Shown: positions 61,702 to 64,000 of the stretch, piece by piece | How the letters are laid out: every line of letters begins with the position of its first letter | Position numbering within the stretch: the first letter of the stretch is position 1 | NCBI GenBank assembly: GCA_963667725.2 | Contig: CAXXHO010000005.1 | Coordinates: 1,120,001 to 1,184,000 of the forward strand | Origin: Treponemataceae bacterium | GTDB taxonomy: Bacteria > Spirochaetota > Spirochaetia > Treponematales > Rectinemataceae | Length of the DNA stretch: 64,000 bases | Direction: 5' to 3' | Translations under genes and position numbers: made by a program | The notes under the pieces: generated by a model | The model's input: the letters and a program-made list of their open reading frames with translations, nothing else | What the model was told of the DNA's origin: nothing | Database searches by the model: none

Positions 61702-61981
61702 CCGGAATTTTTCGGGATGGTGGAGTTTTTTGAGGATCGGGGCGAGGGAGATGGGGGGAATTGATAATAATGCAACTTTTTATTGCAAAACGGGATCTCT
61801 CCATATTTTTCCCGGAATTCCAGTGCTACGATATGCTGCGCCGCATCCTATGAGATGGAAGAACCTTTGTGCCGGAGGAAACCGCGGAAAGATAAATATT
61901 TTTCTTGACAAATCTGGAAAATGAAGGATCATAATACATAATTCGGTGAATGCATTCTATGAAAGTATCAAGGAGGCAATC

Positions 61982-63013
61982 ATGTCCAGGAGAACCACCA
62001 AAACCAGCAGCCTTGTAAGGCTGTTGGCTCTCGGACTTCTGCTCGTGGCGTTCGTCGCGCCCGCGATCTCCCAGGCCAAGGAAATCAAACTCAGGTATTC
62101 GCTGCTCTGGCCGGCCAGCCATCCCATCACCAAGCTTTCTCAGGAATGGGGAAAGGATGTGGAAGCCGCCACCGCCGGACGGGTTAAAGTAACCACGTTC
62201 CCAGGCAATACCCTCACCCCGCCCATGCAGGCATATGACGCGGTCGTGAAGGGCATCGCCGACATGGCCGGCTGCCTTCTCGCCTACGCCCCCGGAAGGC
62301 TACCCCTCTCCGAAGTGCTGCAGCAGCCCCTGGGCTACCTGAACGGCTACCAGTCGTCGAAGCTCGCGAACGCCTATTATAAAAAATTCCAGCCCAAGGA
62401 ATTCGATGACGTCAAGGTGATGTACCTCCACGGCGCCGCGCCCGGATTCATTTTCACCAAAAAGGCTGTCAACTCCATAAAGGAAGTGAAGGGCCTCAGG
62501 ATCAAGGCCAACGCCGAGAACGCCGACATCGTCGTAAACCTCGGGGCCGCCCCCGTCACCATGCCCGTCAGCGACACCTACGATTCGCTGCAGCGCGGCG
62601 TCATCGACGGAACCCTCTTTCCCCTCGAAGCCCTCCAGGGCTACAAGATCGGCGAAGTCGTCAAGACCGTCATACAGGACTACGGGATTTCCTACATGAC
62701 CTCGATGTACGTGATCATGAACAAGGACAAGTGGAATTCCATCCTTCCCGAGGACCAGAAGGCTATCGAGAAGCTCAATGACGAGTACAACGAAAAGCAA
62801 GCCAAGCTCTGGGTTGAGCTGGATGACAAGGCAAAAGAGTATGCCACGCAGAAGGGCGTGAAGTTCCTCGACGTATCGAAGGAAGAGCAAGCCGCCACCG
62901 TGGCTCTCATGAAGCCCATCCTGGACAAGTACGTGGTCCAGATGAAAGCCAAGGGTCTTCCGGCCGAGGAAGCCCTGAAGTTCTGCCTCGACTTCATCAA
63001 GAACAATCCCTGA
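61982..63013 (+). CDS. dctP: TRAP transporter substrate-binding protein (DctP family)
   Basis: Signal peptide, HP..W..VEAATAGRV, GLRIK, LGAAPV.MP..D.YDSLQRGVIDG, MNKDKWNS; AGGAGG RBS. Confidence 0.9.
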   Translation: MSRRTTKTSSLVRLLALGLLLVAFVAPAISQAKEIKLRYSLLWPASHPITKLSQEWGKDVEAATAGRVKVTTFPGNTLTPPMQAYDAVVKGIADMAGCLLAYAPGRLPLSEVLQQPLGYLNGYQSSKLANAYYKKFQPKEFDDVKVMYLHGAAPGFIFTKKAVNSIKEVKGLRIKANAENADIVVNLGAAPVTMPVSDTYDSLQRGVIDGTLFPLEALQGYKIGEVVKTVIQDYGISYMTSMYVIMNKDKWNSILPEDQKAIEKLNDEYNEKQAKLWVELDDKAKEYATQKGVKFLDVSKEEQAATVALMKPILDKYVVQMKAKGLPAEEALKFCLDFIKNNP

Positions 63014-63042
63014 AGATAGAGAAATTAGGTAGATGCAGTATG

Positions 63043-63076
63043 AGGCGCGCCCGGGTTCGCGAACCCGGGCGCGCCT
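63043..63076. repeat. Perfect 34-bp palindrome between dctP and dctQ
   Basis: AGGCGCGCCCGGGTTCG|CGAACCCGGGCGCGCCT, checked base by base. Confidence 0.9.
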
Positions 63077-63097
63077 TTGAGCAGGCGGAGGAAAATA

Positions 63098-63601
63098 ATG
63101 AAGCATTTCACGGCTGTCGTGAAAAAGGTCGATACCATTCTCTACGTCATGGCGGGCACGGTTCTGATAAGCATGGTCCTGCTAACGCTCTGCGACGTCA
63201 TCCTGAGAAATTTCGGCCATCCCATTACGGGATCCATGGAGATCATCATGTACGGCGGGGCCTTGGTATTCGGCTTTTCCATTCCCTACGCCACCTTGCT
63301 CAAGGCTCAAGTTCAAGTCGATCTCATCGTTGAAAAGCTGAAGCCGAAAGCCAAAAAGACAATCACGGTCATAACGAGGATTATCGGCATCGCCCTCTTC
63401 TTCTTCGTAGCGTACAATTTCTTCGTGTACGGATTCGACGTGAAGAACACAGGCGAAACGACCTCGAGCTTCAAGATACCCTATTACCCGATAGTATTCG
63501 CCCTCTCGTTGAGTTTTCTTTTCCAGAGCCTAACCCTCGTCTACGATCTCGTGGAAGTGCTTAGCGGCACTGACGAAGACGCCAAGGAAGCGACACTATG
63601 A
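63098..63601 (+). CDS. dctQ: TRAP small permease
   Basis: Four hydrophobic segments; DVILR..G.PI.GSMEI, VQVDL; GGAGG RBS. Confidence 0.88.
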   Translation: MKHFTAVVKKVDTILYVMAGTVLISMVLLTLCDVILRNFGHPITGSMEIIMYGGALVFGFSIPYATLLKAQVQVDLIVEKLKPKAKKTITVITRIIGIALFFFVAYNFFVYGFDVKNTGETTSSFKIPYYPIVFALSLSFLFQSLTLVYDLVEVLSGTDEDAKEATL

Positions 63602-64000
63602 GCACAGAAATACTCACCGGTCTCGTCGGCATCGTCGCCCTGCTCGTGCTGTTCCTCACGGGGCTGGAGATGGCCTACTGCATGGTCCTCGTCGGATTCT
63701 TCGGATTCACGGCCCTCATGTCCTTTATCCCCGCCTCGAACCTAGTGGTGAAGGAATTCTTCGACGCTTTCACCACCTATTCCTACACGGTCATCCCCCT
63801 CTTCGTGCTGATGGGGGAATTCGCCTCGAACACCAATATCGCCAAGAGGCTCTACACCGGAGCCTACAAGTGGTTCGGCCACGTGCCGGGCGGCCTGGCG
63901 ATGACGACGGTCGTCGGCGCCACAGCCTTCAAGGCGATGTGCGGCTCGACCCTCGCCACCGTGGGCACCTTCGCCGGCCTGGCCATCCCCGAGATGGACC
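63598..64000 (+). CDS. dctM: TRAP large permease (runs off the window edge)
   Basis: Translated by hand from ATG 63598: MSTEILTG...TVIPLFVLMGE...GHVPGGLA...CGSTLAT...AIPEM; ATGA overlap with dctQ. Confidence 0.9.
   Translation, partial: MSTEILTGLVGIVALLVLFLTGLEMAYCMVLVGFFGFTALMSFIPASNLVVKEFFDAFTTYSYTVIPLFVLMGEFASNTNIAKRLYTGAYKWFGHVPGGLAMTTVVGATAFKAMCGSTLATVGTFAGLAIPEMD

Overview
GC-rich, gene-dense bacterial chromosomal segment from a probable anaerobe. The secreted-protein style suggests a free-living spirochaete, but that is only a guess. In order along the window: a 5'-truncated gamma-glutamyltransferase; an ArsP-type permease with a small Cys-Cys peptide; a three-gene operon of a PAS-GAF-PP2C-RsbW fusion, a PilZ-less cellulose-synthase-like GT2 with a ~150-aa insertion, and a STAS protein; an AfuABC/FbpABC-like ABC transporter with a PhoP/PhoR-like two-component system and a stand-alone RapZ C-terminal domain; gltB without gltD; a wecA-like gene; purine salvage genes with MoxR/DUF58/DUF4129; an orphan YesM-like kinase; a peptide ABC transporter with an M14 peptidase and pxpABC; a decayed type I restriction-modification locus with an intact KilA-N gene; etfBA with an FAD lactate dehydrogenase and LarA racemase; a YesNOPQR/LplD-like rhamnogalacturonan module; and a TetR/TRAP-linked operon with two VAO/PCMH-like flavoproteins, a CCG Fe-S protein and a SauS-like acylating aldehyde dehydrogenase. 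I saw no rRNA, tRNA, CRISPR array or transposase. All family calls come from motifs recognised by eye; no database search was run. The best candidates for an undescribed system are the partner-switch/cellulose-synthase operon (2.7-7.2 kb), the ABC/two-component/RapZ-CTD module (7.3-13.7 kb) and the dual-flavoprotein catabolic operon (55-64 kb).
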